Part shown: piece by piece, positions 29,277 through 40,543 of the stretch
Layout: each line of letters starts with the position of its first letter
Numbering within the stretch: the first letter of the stretch is position 1
Origin: an uncultured Chloroflexia bacterium
Lineage (GTDB): Bacteria; Chloroflexota; Anaerolineae; Anaerolineales; UBA11858
Assembly (NCBI GenBank): GCA_963827805.1
Contig: CAWHCC010000008.1
Span: 26,921 to 90,920 of the forward strand
Length of the DNA: 64,000 nt
Reading direction: 5' to 3'
Position numbers and translations under genes: made by a program
The notes under the pieces: model-generated
The model's database searches: none
Told to the model about the DNA's origin: nothing
The model's input: only the letters and a program-made list of their open reading frames with translations

Positions 29277-30023
29277 ATGTCGAACGGTAACTCAAAATTT
29301 TGGGCTGGTTTGGCCTTAGGAGCACTGGGTGGTGCACTATTAACACAGCAGCTGCTTAGCCCCCGCCGCATGCCCAATGCCAAATCGTGGCAAAAGCTTC
29401 TCAGTACAAAGATGGGAGAAACCGGGGCCGCCGTGCTGCTGGGCCGCGTTCAGCAGCGTTATGACGAGCTAATCGCTCAGCGAGTGATTTTCGATCGTAA
29501 AGCGCTCCAGGGTCATTTGACGGAGAATATCCTTCCTGGATTAGCACTTTATCAAACACTCCGGTCTGATGGGTTGGAGAAAGATGCTGCTTTAGCTCAA
29601 ATGGATACGCTCTACGCGGCGCAGTATCAACCCGGAGGAACGAATCTGAGCCGCTTAGAGCGTATTTTCAAACTGCTCCCTGGCAACTTTAACGCGTTCA
29701 AATGGTTAGCCCGCAACGCGATGCAGCGCGGCTTCCCTACACCTGGCTTTGAGCTGGAATATATCCCAGACGACCCAACGCAATTTGGTTTCAATATCCA
29801 ACGTTGTTTTTATCTGGATATGCTCACCTATTTTGGTGCCCCTGAGTTGACAAACAGCTTCTGCAAGATTGATGATTTCACGATGTCTGCTTTACCCAAA
29901 GAAATTCAATGGAAACGCAGCGGCACTTTAGGGATGGGTGCAGATCATTGTGATTTTCGCTGGAATTATGTACCCCTGAAAAAAGTTGAAGAATCTAGAG
30001 CGGACCCGTGTGCCCAATCCTGA
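29277..30023 (+). CDS. Hypothetical protein, possibly L-2-amino-thiazoline-4-carboxylate hydrolase-like
   Basis: Start placed at the ATG at 29277. The long ORF 28938..30023 overlaps the VIT1 gene in another frame. The family call is a weak recollection only. Confidence 0.4.
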   Translation: MSNGNSKFWAGLALGALGGALLTQQLLSPRRMPNAKSWQKLLSTKMGETGAAVLLGRVQQRYDELIAQRVIFDRKALQGHLTENILPGLALYQTLRSDGLEKDAALAQMDTLYAAQYQPGGTNLSRLERIFKLLPGNFNAFKWLARNAMQRGFPTPGFELEYIPDDPTQFGFNIQRCFYLDMLTYFGAPELTNSFCKIDDFTMSALPKEIQWKRSGTLGMGADHCDFRWNYVPLKKVEESRADPCAQS

Positions 30024-30065
30024 GGTGTAGCGATATAATTGCATCATCGAAGATCGGAGGCTTGT

Positions 30066-30815
30066 ATGGAAATTTTAGGCATCGATATTGGGGGCAGCGG
30101 CATTAAAGGTGCACCAGTCAATATCAAGAAGGGGAAACTTCTCACACCCCGGTACCGCATCCCTACCCCTCAGCCATCTAAACCCAAGGCTGTTGCCGAG
30201 GTTGTCGGAGAAGTTGCGAAGCACTTCAACTGGAAAGGCCCAATTGGTGCGGGCTTTCCAGCACCAATCCAGCATGGGATTGCGCGCACGGCTGCCAATG
30301 TCCACGATAGTTGGATCAATACAAATGCCGCGAAGCTCCTCACCAAAGCCACTGGGTGCCCTGTTACTGTGGTCAACGATGCCGATGCGGCAGGAATGGC
30401 TGAAATGTCCTTCGGTGCTGGAAAAGGGCGAGATGGCGTTGTGCTGCTGGTGACCATTGGAACCGGGCTGGGTACTTCAGTTTTTATTGATGGCAACTTG
30501 CTGCCCAACACAGAATTTGGTCATATCGAAATCGATTGCGAAGATGCCGATTAAACGCATCCGATGCAGCCCGCAAAGAAAATGATCTGTCCTGGAAAAA
30601 ATGGGCTCAACAGCTAGACACTTACTTGCTGCGGCTTGAAGCCCTCATCTGGCCAGATTTTAATTATTTTGGGTGGGGGAGTGAGTAAAAAACACGAAAA
30701 ATTTATCCCGCGTTTGACGGTAAAGGCGGAGGTAGTACCAGCCGAAACACTCAACGAAGCAGGCATTATCGGAGCCGCATTGGCCGCTGGGAAAAAACGA
30801 ACTGCAAAAAGATAG
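30066..30815 (+). pseudogene. ppgK: ROK-family polyphosphate/ATP glucokinase with two 1-nt frameshifts (about 30552 and 30690)
   Basis: The N-terminal 171 aa ([15 protein letters not shown]…[11 protein letters not shown]) stop at 30554. The conserved C-terminus (…[34 protein letters not shown] | [20 protein letters not shown]…[10 protein letters not shown]) continues in two other frames. Confidence 0.7.
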
Positions 30816-30844
30816 TTTTTGGTTATGGCAGCATAAGGCAATCA

Positions 30845-30887
30845 ACAAACCTCCTGGGCGAGAAATCCAGGAGGTTTGTTTTCTCTT
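30845..30887. terminator. Bidirectional intrinsic terminator between convergent ppgK and the flotillin gene
   Basis: A 14-bp stem aacaaacctcctgg/ccaggaggtttgtt with an 8-nt loop, followed by ttctctt. Confidence 0.5.
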
Positions 30888-30908
30888 AAAGCATCAAGGG
30901 GGAAATGC

Positions 30909-33128
30909 TTAGTCTATTTGAGTCAGCAACTCATCCTTCAACTCATCGAGTTGATCTTCATCAACCAATCCGACATCATCGACTGGAGCAACCCCGTCAA
31001 AATTGAACCCTAGCACACCGAGAAGGGGCTTTATAGGAATATCCCCAACCAGGCGAAAACTTGCATCTTTTTTGATACCGTTGAGCGCACTAGCTAAATC
31101 CTCACGTCCAGCAACCACTGGTTCCAATCGTTCAACAAGGTCAGCCACTTTCAAACTGGAGAACATACGAGGGTTGACCTCGCCTAGCACTTGCTGGATA
31201 TAAGGCATAAAGGCGCTCAATTTACTAAGTTGAAATCCGCTGCCATTATCGTTGCTCGCGCCATCAATGATATTACCAATCACTGGCACTTCTTCGCCCA
31301 ATAAACGCAGCCCGTGGGTGAAAGACATCAGATCGGTGAAGATTTTGCTAGTCTGGTTGCCGCTGCCGTAAATATTAACTTTGATGCCTGGCGCCACCGC
31401 TTCGAAGGCCTTCATATAGGCATCCATCTGCATAGTAGCGATGCGCTCTTTGTGATCGTACTCCATGCGCATCTTTTCGAGTTCCACCAGCACGGGAGCC
31501 TCTTCGTAGAGCGCCATCAACTGTTTCTGCGCCCGAATTTCAACCTCTTTGAGTTTCTGCAAACGTCCAGCTTCAGCTTCAGACTGCGCTTTGGCGACCT
31601 CAGCCTGTGCCAGACCATCGGCCCGGTTGACAGCTACCTGCTTCTCAGCCACCGAAACACGTTCCGCTTCAACCTCAGCTTCTGCCAGACCGGGGGCTGC
31701 GGCTTCGGCCCGGGTGGCCTCGGCCCGGATCTTTGCGGCGTGCGCCCGCTTCTCTGATGAAGTAGCTTCAGCCTCAGCTTTCATCAATTCAGCCTTGGTT
31801 TCAGCTTCTACTTTGATTTGTAAAGAACGCGCTTCAGCATCAGCTTCGACTTTCAGCGCCTCACCAACCTGATTCGCTTCCACCAAGGCGATTTCTTTAA
31901 CTCGATCAGCCGCAGCTAACTCCTCACGCTGCAAACGCTTAGCTTCAGCCTCGGTGAGTTTGGCTTTGCGCTCATTTTCACGAGCCTGTTCCAGTGCCAA
32001 ACGGTCTGCTTCAGCTTCAGCTTCGGCTAACTTGATGGCGGCATCCCGTTTTTGCTGTTTGGCACGCAATTCAGCGGCACGCTCTGCTTTCAGAAAAGCA
32101 ATCTGGGCTTCTTTTTCGGTTTCACCCTCGCCAATTTCTTGCGCAAGCTGCACTTTAGCAATATCACGTTCGTGAGCGATCTGAGCAGCTTTCTTTTCAC
32201 GCTCAATTTGCTGCACCTGAACCTCGTGCCTTCGAATGGTCAGCGATTCTTGCTGGTTGAGGGTCGCAGTCTCGACCTCGCGCTCCGCTTCCAGGCGTTC
32301 GGCGGCCAGCTTTTTTTCGGTCTCGGCCCGAATAACAAATTCGTGTCGCTCACGGGCCTGGTCATCGTCCAACTCGGCAACCTGCTCCAGGTTGGTGGCA
32401 ATGCTGGTTTCCTTCGAGATGCGGGATTCAGCCTGCTCCACCAGCTTATGATATGCCATACCTTCTAGCTTGGTGACGGTCAACAGCGCCAGATCATAAC
32501 CTAACTCCGAAAGAATCTGGTTGACCTTAGGGAAAGCAATCTCGGCCAGTTTCTGGCGCTCGGCAATAATCTCTTGCAAACCCATCGTCGCGGCGGCGGC
32601 AATCAATTCAGCCTTGCCAACCTCCATAATGGTTTTGATCAACCCAGTGGTTTCCAGACCCACACGTTGAGCCGCAGTTTCGGCTTTGTCGGGGTTAAGC
32701 TTGGCCACCGCGTGTGCCCATAACTTGAAACTGACTTTACTATTGTCCAGTGCCTCAACACCCTCATCATCAATTCCCCGAATGGGCACTGTAAAACTGA
32801 CGGTTTTGAGTTTTATCACCTGAGTCAGTCCATTGAGCCAGTAACGCGAAGGGCGGTCGGCAGTTTGGCCGTATACCCGCCGTTCGCTCGAGACAATCCA
32901 ACTGTGGCGGCCGTCGCCCGTAACCACATGGATTTCGTCGGGCGGCACCAGGATGCGGCGGCCAAAACCAAAAATACTGCGAGCGCGGTCAGCTTCAGTA
33001 CTCAACGAAGCCGCGCTGGAGCTAAATTCGCTAATCGATTTCTCCACGCGCTGCATTTGATTCTGGTCAGGCTGCTTTTGTGGGTTTTTCATTTCTCCTC
33101 CAAAAATAAATTGTTGATAGCCCCCCAT
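30909..33128 (-). CDS. Flotillin-like SPFH/Band-7 protein with a very long Ala/Glu/Lys/Arg-rich coiled coil
   Basis: An N-terminal SPFH domain, then a coiled coil of more than 300 aa (AERLEAEREVE…, AEAEAEADRLA…) and a C-terminal globular region. Confidence 0.75.
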   Translation of the reverse strand: MGGYQQFIFGGEMKNPQKQPDQNQMQRVEKSISEFSSSAASLSTEADRARSIFGFGRRILVPPDEIHVVTGDGRHSWIVSSERRVYGQTADRPSRYWLNGLTQVIKLKTVSFTVPIRGIDDEGVEALDNSKVSFKLWAHAVAKLNPDKAETAAQRVGLETTGLIKTIMEVGKAELIAAAATMGLQEIIAERQKLAEIAFPKVNQILSELGYDLALLTVTKLEGMAYHKLVEQAESRISKETSIATNLEQVAELDDDQARERHEFVIRAETEKKLAAERLEAEREVETATLNQQESLTIRRHEVQVQQIEREKKAAQIAHERDIAKVQLAQEIGEGETEKEAQIAFLKAERAAELRAKQQKRDAAIKLAEAEAEADRLALEQARENERKAKLTEAEAKRLQREELAAADRVKEIALVEANQVGEALKVEADAEARSLQIKVEAETKAELMKAEAEATSSEKRAHAAKIRAEATRAEAAAPGLAEAEVEAERVSVAEKQVAVNRADGLAQAEVAKAQSEAEAGRLQKLKEVEIRAQKQLMALYEEAPVLVELEKMRMEYDHKERIATMQMDAYMKAFEAVAPGIKVNIYGSGNQTSKIFTDLMSFTHGLRLLGEEVPVIGNIIDGASNDNGSGFQLSKLSAFMPYIQQVLGEVNPRMFSSLKVADLVERLEPVVAGREDLASALNGIKKDASFRLVGDIPIKPLLGVLGFNFDGVAPVDDVGLVDEDQLDELKDELLTQID

Positions 33129-33356
33129 TTAGGGCTCGATGGATATTCCTTGAAATTCTACCCTTTCCTAATAAGGAAGATCAGTCTAAGCTTTGTGATG
33201 GGCTGCTAAACCGAATTTTCACATTGGCCCAAGTTTAGCCGCGTTCACGAGGGGCAACTACCGGTATTTTCCCCCCAATCAAAAGACTTGCGCATTTCGC
33301 AAATTTAGTGTCGACATTGAACAAAATTGCGCGAAATCGCGACTTCACTATAAAGA

Positions 33357-34571
33357 CAGGGCAATCGCATATGACTATCCAGCCAGAACCTTGAGAAGAT
33401 AATCGTTATTCCAACCCGCCTGCAAACGCTTGGCTTTGATACCACCTTTAGCAGAAGTTTCCTGCTTGAGTAGATTGACAGCCATGTGACGCAAGACCGC
33501 CAGGTTGGCTGGGGCATGATCCTTGCGGACCCGACTGCGGTCTTCGTTGAAAGCAATATCGAGAACCCAGTGGAGGCCATTTTCGATGCCCCAGTGTTGA
33601 CGCGTCGCTTTCAGGAACCGTTTGGCATTGGCCGGCAAGCTGGAAATGAAGAAGCGAACTTTGATGGTTTCTTCATCATCAATGATGCGTCGTCGCACAA
33701 GCATGCTAATACTCCGCAAATTCGTCCACTTCTGAGTCTGTCTGACGCTATCCAGATATTCAGGATCCGAAGTGGCCCAACACTCCCGCACATCAATCCG
33801 TCCGTGGCCTTTCTTGACTTCCTTGTCGTAATCATAGGGTGCCTCTTGAAAGCCCTGCTGTTGGTCATAGGAGAACAGCATTTCGAGATCACGATACAGA
33901 TGGCCTTGGTTTTGTTTGACCGCCAACAGGTAATCGGCTTCCGCAGCGATGATTTGCTTAGCGATCTTGGTCTGCGTACCCAGCGCATCGATCGTGACGA
34001 TACAGCCTTTGATGGCCAGCAGGCGTAATAACTCTGGAATCGCAGTGATTTCGTTGCTTTTCTCTGCCACTTGGCGCTGTCCCAGCACCAGATGGTTTTG
34101 CTCTGCCCAGGCGCTCACCATATAAATCGCACGCTTTCCTTGACTGCGATCATGGGAGCCGCGCATCTGTTTGCCATCAATCCCGATCACCTGTCCTTGC
34201 GTGATTTCGCGTAAAGCCTTGACCCATTTCATGAAGCTAGCCTGGAATTCTTCCGGATCGATCAGCGCAAATACCCTGCCAAACGTGTCATGCGATGGGA
34301 TCCCCTTGGGCAACCACAAGTATTGGCTCAACCAGTTCAGCTTCTGATAGCCGAACTGCTCAATTTCAACCCAGCCATCTGCACCGCAGATCGTTCCCAG
34401 GATGGCGATGGTAATGATATCGAATAACTGGTGTGATACATTTGGCCCACGCGGATCGTTTATGTTGGAAAAGTGCTCTTCCAGACTATGGATTGGCTCT
34501 GTTGGCATGGTAATTCTCCTCCTGATTTCTTTGGATTACCATTATCTCATTTTTTATATGCGATTGCCCTG
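33357..34571 (-). mobile_element. ISAs1-family insertion sequence (1215 bp) with perfect 16-bp terminal inverted repeats and a 10-bp target-site duplication
   Basis: IRs are CAGGGCAATCGCATAT at 33357-33372 and its reverse complement at 34556-34571. Direct repeats ACTATAAAGA flank the element at 33347-33356 and 34572-34581. Confidence 0.8.
33375..34508 (-). CDS. ISAs1-family transposase (H-repeat-associated/YhhI-like DDE)
   Basis: The family-typical N-terminus (DPRGPNVSHQLFDIITIAILGTICGADGWVEIEQFG…GIPSHDTFGRVF) and C-terminus (HWGIENGLHWVLDIAFNED). 377 aa, intact. Confidence 0.85.
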   Translation of the reverse strand: MPTEPIHSLEEHFSNINDPRGPNVSHQLFDIITIAILGTICGADGWVEIEQFGYQKLNWLSQYLWLPKGIPSHDTFGRVFALIDPEEFQASFMKWVKALREITQGQVIGIDGKQMRGSHDRSQGKRAIYMVSAWAEQNHLVLGQRQVAEKSNEITAIPELLRLLAIKGCIVTIDALGTQTKIAKQIIAAEADYLLAVKQNQGHLYRDLEMLFSYDQQQGFQEAPYDYDKEVKKGHGRIDVRECWATSDPEYLDSVRQTQKWTNLRSISMLVRRRIIDDEETIKVRFFISSLPANAKRFLKATRQHWGIENGLHWVLDIAFNEDRSRVRKDHAPANLAVLRHMAVNLLKQETSAKGGIKAKRLQAGWNNDYLLKVLAG

Positions 34572-34654
34572 ACTATAAAGATATCTATACAATAAAATAA
34601 GATTTGATCTGGTATGATAAAAAGTAACTTTCAATTGAGGAAGGAGAAGTCGTT

Positions 34655-35293
34655 ATGAAAAAAGTTTTTATGATTTCAGCAATAGTCATTTTGCTGCTTG
34701 TGCTGGGTGTTCTGTTGATGCCCCAGGTGGCCGGCCGAGCTGCTCCTCAGCAACAGGTCACCTCAGGACCCAGTTGGAACGCGATCGGAATGCCACTAGA
34801 TGATACAAACTCATTATCAGATGCTCAGGCCATTGCGGATGAGATTTCTGGAACGCAACAAATCTTGCGTTGGAATTCTGCTCGTCAAGATTTTGACTTC
34901 TGGTTACCCCCCTTCCAGTTTGGCACAAACTTCACAACCACTCTCGGGGATTCTTATATGGTTTTGGTCGATGACTCTGCCCCCCTTGTTTTCAATGTTG
35001 CTGGAGACGTCCCGCCTGCAACAGGAAACCCCGGCGCACTACAATACAGTCTTGTGGGCACATCACCCTGCCAATTCAACGCAATTACATTACCTTTGGA
35101 TCTAGGTGATAGCATTTTGGATGCACAGGATTTGGCTGATAGCATTGGCAATGTAGATCAGGTTTTGAGCTGGGAACCAGCACGTCAAGATTACGATTTT
35201 TGGCTACCCCCTTTCCAGTTTGGTACAAATTTTGAAGTCAAAGCTGGATATCCTTATATGGTATGTACAACGGTTGCCAGGGTATGGCCCTAG
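34655..35293 (+). CDS. Secreted protein built from two tandem homologous modules of about 90 aa (DFDFWLPPFQFGTNF core), unknown function
   Basis: A signal peptide, then the internal duplication …QQILRWNSARQDFDFWLPPFQFGTNFTTTLGDSYMV… / …DQVLSWEPARQDYDFWLPPFQFGTNFEVKAGYPYMV…. Confidence 0.55.
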   Translation: MKKVFMISAIVILLLVLGVLLMPQVAGRAAPQQQVTSGPSWNAIGMPLDDTNSLSDAQAIADEISGTQQILRWNSARQDFDFWLPPFQFGTNFTTTLGDSYMVLVDDSAPLVFNVAGDVPPATGNPGALQYSLVGTSPCQFNAITLPLDLGDSILDAQDLADSIGNVDQVLSWEPARQDYDFWLPPFQFGTNFEVKAGYPYMVCTTVARVWP

Positions 35294-35483
35294 AGACGAT
35301 TAAGATCAATTAATCAAAGCGTTAGAAAAAAATTTGAACGCATAATGGTATTAATGATAATTTTTTGGATTTCGATTATTGTAGATGCAATTGATACAGG
35401 TGAATTGTTCGCAGCCGGTACCGCTTATCTGCAGCCAATGCACGCAGTCAAGCTAAATTCATACTGTGACTAGGGAGAAACCA

Positions 35484-38400
35484 ATGAATAAAACAAAACT
35501 TACTCTAATCCTCGGTGCCATTCTCCTATTGGCTCTGGCATTCGGTTTTAGCAGCCAGGCAACCGCCCAAAACAATAGCAGCCAAAAAGTCACCGCCCCC
35601 CCTGGAACTTTTGTAGCCAATCAGCCCGGCGTCACCTTGCTGCACGATTATGGCTCTTTTGCTCTATACCAGGTAAATGATACGGCCTTACAAAATTTAT
35701 CTTTCAGCGAACTGCAACAGATTACGCCTGTGGATGAGCGCATTTTGCTGGATGCCTATCCTTTCAACCCGCAGACAGATCGAACTCGAAATTCCTGCTA
35801 CATTTCGTCTGGATGAGGCCAGCAGCAATGGACTACAGATCGTTCAATTCGTGGGTCCCATCAAAGATGAATGGCTGAAAACCTTACGAGATGCCGGGGT
35901 CACGCCAATCCAGTATATTGCCAACCATGCTTATCTTGTTTGGGCAAATGACTCTAGCCGAACACAGCTCAACAATATGGCGGACGAAAATAATTTCTTG
36001 CAATATAGTGCCCCCTACCAACCTTACTTCAAACTAGGGGCTCAGATTCGTAATGAGGTTGTAAACCCATCCACGGTGAGCAGTGCTGAAAGCATTCCAG
36101 TGGTGATTCAAATTTACAACCATCCAGGAAATTTGCACTCCAAGGAAGTGATTCGATCCCTATCCATTAATCAAATTTCTGACTGGTCGCCGATTTTGGC
36201 ATATGAAAACGCCATTATTACCCTTCGCATCAGTGATCTAGCTGCAATCTCGCAGCTATCCGATGTGGTTTGGCTAAATCAGAAATTGGCACCCGAACTG
36301 ACGGATGAGGTCCAGGGTCAAATCCTGGCAGGCAACTTTGACGCCACCCAGTCAGGGCCTTCTGGCCCTGGGTACCTGACTTGGCTGAACAGTTATAGCT
36401 TCAGTACCGACCCGTCTGATTATCCCATCGTGGATGTCACCGATGATGGCATCGGCAACGGTACGGTCAACTCTGGCGATCCTACCTTACATCAAACAGG
36501 TAACCTTGCAAATCCTACCCGGTTGTCTTATGTGGCCAACTGTACTGATTCCGCCGATGGCGGCGGACCCGATGGACACGGCCATATCAACGTCAGTATT
36601 GTTGGTGGTTACGATACTACCTCTGGTTTTCCTTTTGTCGATCCACTGGGATATCAACGCGGGCTGGGAATTAACCCCTTTGGTCGCCTTGCCGGCACTC
36701 GCATCTTCGATGCAAGTGGTTATGATATCAGCAGTTGTAGTGGCACCGACACAGGTGTCATCAAGAGTGTGCAAGATAACGGCGCACTGATTAACACCAA
36801 TTCTTGGGGCTGCTCGGGATGTGCAGGCAGCTATGATGATTCATCGCAGGCTTATGATGTCGGTGTACGCGATGCTGATCTCACCGAGACGGGCAACCAG
36901 GAGATGATCATTGTTTTCTCCGCTGGGAATTCTGGTTCCAGTGCGAACACGATTGGCACACCCGGCAACGGTAAGAATATGATCACCGTAGGAGCCTCAG
37001 AAAACGACCGTCCATCCGATGAAGATGGCAATTGGACCGATGGCTGCGGCATTGGACCCATCGGTGCTGATAATGCCATGGATGTGATCTCTTTCTCCAG
37101 CCGTGGTCCGGCACCGGGTGGACGTGTAAAGCCTGAAATCATCGCTCCTGGAACCCATATCCAGGGCACCGCCAGTACGAACGCCAGTTATAACGGCAGC
37201 GGTGTTTGCGATCAATATCGGCCATCCGGGCAAACTATTTTTGCCTCATCATCGGGTACCAGTCACTCTACACCAGCTGTAGCTGGTGTGAGCTCACTGG
37301 CTTATTGGTGGCTAGAAAACACCTACAGCCTAACCCCCAGCCCGGCGATGATGAAAGCTTACTTAATCGCACACCCAACCTACCTGACCGGAGTCAGTGC
37401 CAACGACACCTTGCCCAGTAACAACCAGGGTTATGGTATGCCCAATATGTCACTGATGTTCGATACTGCTGACAAATACTTGCTCGACCAGTCCGTGATT
37501 TTCGATAATTCTGGTGAAACCTGGACTTGGAGCGGCGGTGTAGCTGATAACACCAAGCCCGTGCGTATCGTCTTGGTCTATACCGATGCGCCTGGCGCGA
37601 TCGGCACTAGCCCGCAGGTCAATGATCTCAACCTCAGTGCTACGGTTGACAGCTCAACTTACCTGGGAAATATCTTCACCGGACAGTGGAGCGCCACTGG
37701 CGGGACCGCAGATTCAGCCAACAATTACGAAGCCATCTTCCTGCCAGCAAGCACAACGGGCAGCATCAATATTACGGTGACCGGATTCAATATTGCCGGG
37801 GATGGTGTTCCGAATGTGGGGGACAGCACCGACCAAGATTTCGCAATTGTTTGCTACAACTGCAGTCAGACGCCCGATTTCACAGTAGATGCAACCCCCG
37901 CGGCGTTGGATATTTGCCTTCCAGATGATGCCGATTATAACGTTTCAGTCGGCGCGATCAATGGTTTTTCTGATCCTGTTACTTTGAGTGTTACTGGAAA
38001 TCCAGGTTCTGCATCTTTCTCAACGAACCCGGTCACACCTCCAGGCAGCAGCACCATGACAATCAGTGGTGCAGGTGCTGGTAATTACACACTGGCTATC
38101 ACTGGCACAGGCGGCAGCCCACCAATCCTGCATACCGATAACGTTGATTTGAACGTTTCTGCTGCTGCACCTACAGTTCCAACACTCACTACCCCGGCCG
38201 ATACCGCTACAGGGGTTCCAGTAACTCCCACATTTAGTTGGTCAGACACTGGCGCTAGCAGCTATCTTTTGGAAGTGGCTACTGATTCTGGTTTTAGCAA
38301 TATCGTGTACAGTGTGACTGAAACAAACACCAGCCACACAGCCGGTAGCAGCCTGAGCACGAACACAGAATATTACTGGCGCATCACAGCCCAAAACGGT

Positions 38401-40314
38401 TGTGGTAGTTCACCTTCCTCTGTTTTTTCATTTACCACCCAAACGGGCTCGTTGGTTTGTAATGGCTCTGTTGTAGATTTCAATGGCGGCTTGCCCGTTG
38501 ATTGGTCCGTAATCGATAATGAAAGCACAGGTGTGGTTTGGACGCTAACCGGGAGTACCGGTTATCCAACAGATTGTGGAGAAAGCAACTATACCGGTGG
38601 GAGCGGAGCTGCTGTTTGCGCCTCCAGTGACCAATTTGGCGCAGCAGAATTTGACACGGAAGTTCGGAGCGGCCCTTTCGACTTAACGGGGTTCGCATCT
38701 GCTGCGCTCACCTATGAAGCTAATTACGCCAATTATGTAGGTCTGGATTTTCTTAATCTGGAAATCAGCACAAATGGCGGCAGCAATTGGACCAACTTGC
38801 TGAGTTGGAATGAAGATCATCACCCCAATGGGCTCCGTGTTCCGCCGGGCGAGTCAGTCAATGTTGATTTATCAGCCTATTTAGGCATGAGCGGTTTACT
38901 CCTACGGTGGCATTATTATGACCCAAACTTAGGTGATTGGGGTTGGTATGCTCAATTTGACGATGTTGCACTAACTTGTGTAAGTGGTTCACCCCCCGTA
39001 ATTGAGGTTAATCCTGTGAATTTAGAAGCTAGCCTGATCCCAGATGTGCAGATCACTCAAACCTTGATAATCAGCAATACTGGTGGCTCTGATTTGGATT
39101 GGACTATCTTCGAGGATAGTGAAACCAGCATAGTACCGCCACCAAGTGCTTCATCACTTAGTTCGGCTTCGAACCTTTTGCAATTTGGAGAAAGCAATGT
39201 GATCTCCGGCACAGCCGAAAATAATAATGCTCTAATAACACCAAATGCTTTGCAGGCTATCATTGACCAGGCACCCAACCAGTCCAATGGCATCTTTTCC
39301 GATAGCAATTGTGATGGTTGTGACAACCCACAACAAGTATTGGCTGAAAATTTCACCTTATCTGTTGATGCAACGATTACCAGTATCGTCATGTGGGGTG
39401 GATACTTTCCAGGCAATACCCCGGCAAGCCCTGATGTGTTTACCGTAATCATCCACCAGGATTCTAGCGGTCTACCTGGAACGACCCTTTCTACCGAAAA
39501 TAATGTTCCATATACACGCGTGCAAACCGGAGTGGTTCTCTTTGGCGTTGATGAGTGGATGCACACACTCACGCTGGCTAATCCTGTCATCTTAACGCCC
39601 GGCTCTTATTGGATCGAGATTTACAACGATACCGGAACCGGGACGGATGACTACTTCTGGGAGGTTTCCAATGCTGACACCATTGGAAACGGGATTATCG
39701 GCTCAGGATACGCTTTTGAAGCACCAGGAGTAAGCTGGAATCTCGATGCGGTTAATGATTTTGCTATACAACTCATCGGGGATATTGTTGCCACTTGCGA
39801 TGTTCCTACAGATATCACCTGGTTGAACATTTCAACCACCAGCGGCACGATCACACCGGATCTGAGTGACGCTCTGGATGTGATTTACGACTCGACCGGG
39901 TTAGCCACTGGCGAATATACCAGCACGCTGTGTATCGACAGCAACGATCCGGTCACTCCACAGGTTCAAGTGCCCGTCACCATGACAGTCTGTACCCAAC
40001 CTGCCACCGTCACTGATGTGAGCATCAGCCGTAGCGGCAATGACGTCACCTTAAACTGGACAGCTGTGCCAGGGGCTACAGCCTATCGGATTTACCGGGC
40101 CACAAACAATCCCTACTATACTCCCGGGATAAGCTTTATCTATGATCTGACCCCCACCAATACCTATACGGATCTAGGTGCGGCAGGTGATATAGATAAT
40201 AACTATTATTATGTGGTGCAGGTAGTCAATTCCTGTGGTGCAAGTTCGGTTGAATCTGAAGCATCAAACCGCACGGCTGAGTTTGATTATCCAATCCAGC
40301 CCGGTACGCCCTAA
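35484..40314 (+). CDS. Multidomain S8 subtilase-family serine peptidase (about 1600 aa) with FN3-like and beta-sandwich C-terminal domains; a frameshift near 35785 separates the signal/propeptide start from the main frame
   Basis: Catalytic triad contexts DVTDDGIG, HGHINVSIVGG and SGTSHSTPAVAG, plus NSWG. The signal peptide MNKTKLTLILGAILLLALA sits in ORF 35466..35816, which joins the 1545-aa ORF 35677..40314 after a 1-nt shift. Confidence 0.75.
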
Positions 40315-40324
40315 AGATGCGTAA

Positions 40325-40363
40325 AACACTGGTAAACATCCCGAAGCGAGCAATGCTTCGGGA
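40325..40363 (+). terminator. Intrinsic terminator after the S8 peptidase gene
   Basis: An 11-bp stem catcccgaagc/gcttcgggatg, then T8. Confidence 0.6.
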
Positions 40364-40543
40364 TGTTTTTTTTGAGACAGCGATAGAGATTCTTTTTGGA
40401 GAGTTGCATAAACAAAAATCAATTCACACATGACCTCCAAATCATCAGAACGGGAAATTCGTCAGTTGTATTGCCCATCGATTCACGTCATAATAACGAT
40501 ACTGGCAAACCCTATTTTTCATTAATCAAGGAGAAACATTTCT

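Noticed and set aside
31549-32468. Several plus-strand ORFs of 70-140 aa (31549..31872, 31954..32175, 32052..32468, 32236..32451) that encode Ser/Ala/Arg-rich low-complexity peptides
   Set aside because: They are antisense to the flotillin coiled-coil region. GCN/GAR-rich codons read backwards give open, Ala/Ser/Arg-rich frames. They have no start context and look like artefacts.
35294-35483. The AT-rich 190-bp spacer upstream of the S8 peptidase as a horizontally acquired boundary
   Set aside because: It is short and consistent with an ordinary promoter or UTR region. Flanking genes show no obvious compositional shift that I can judge by eye.
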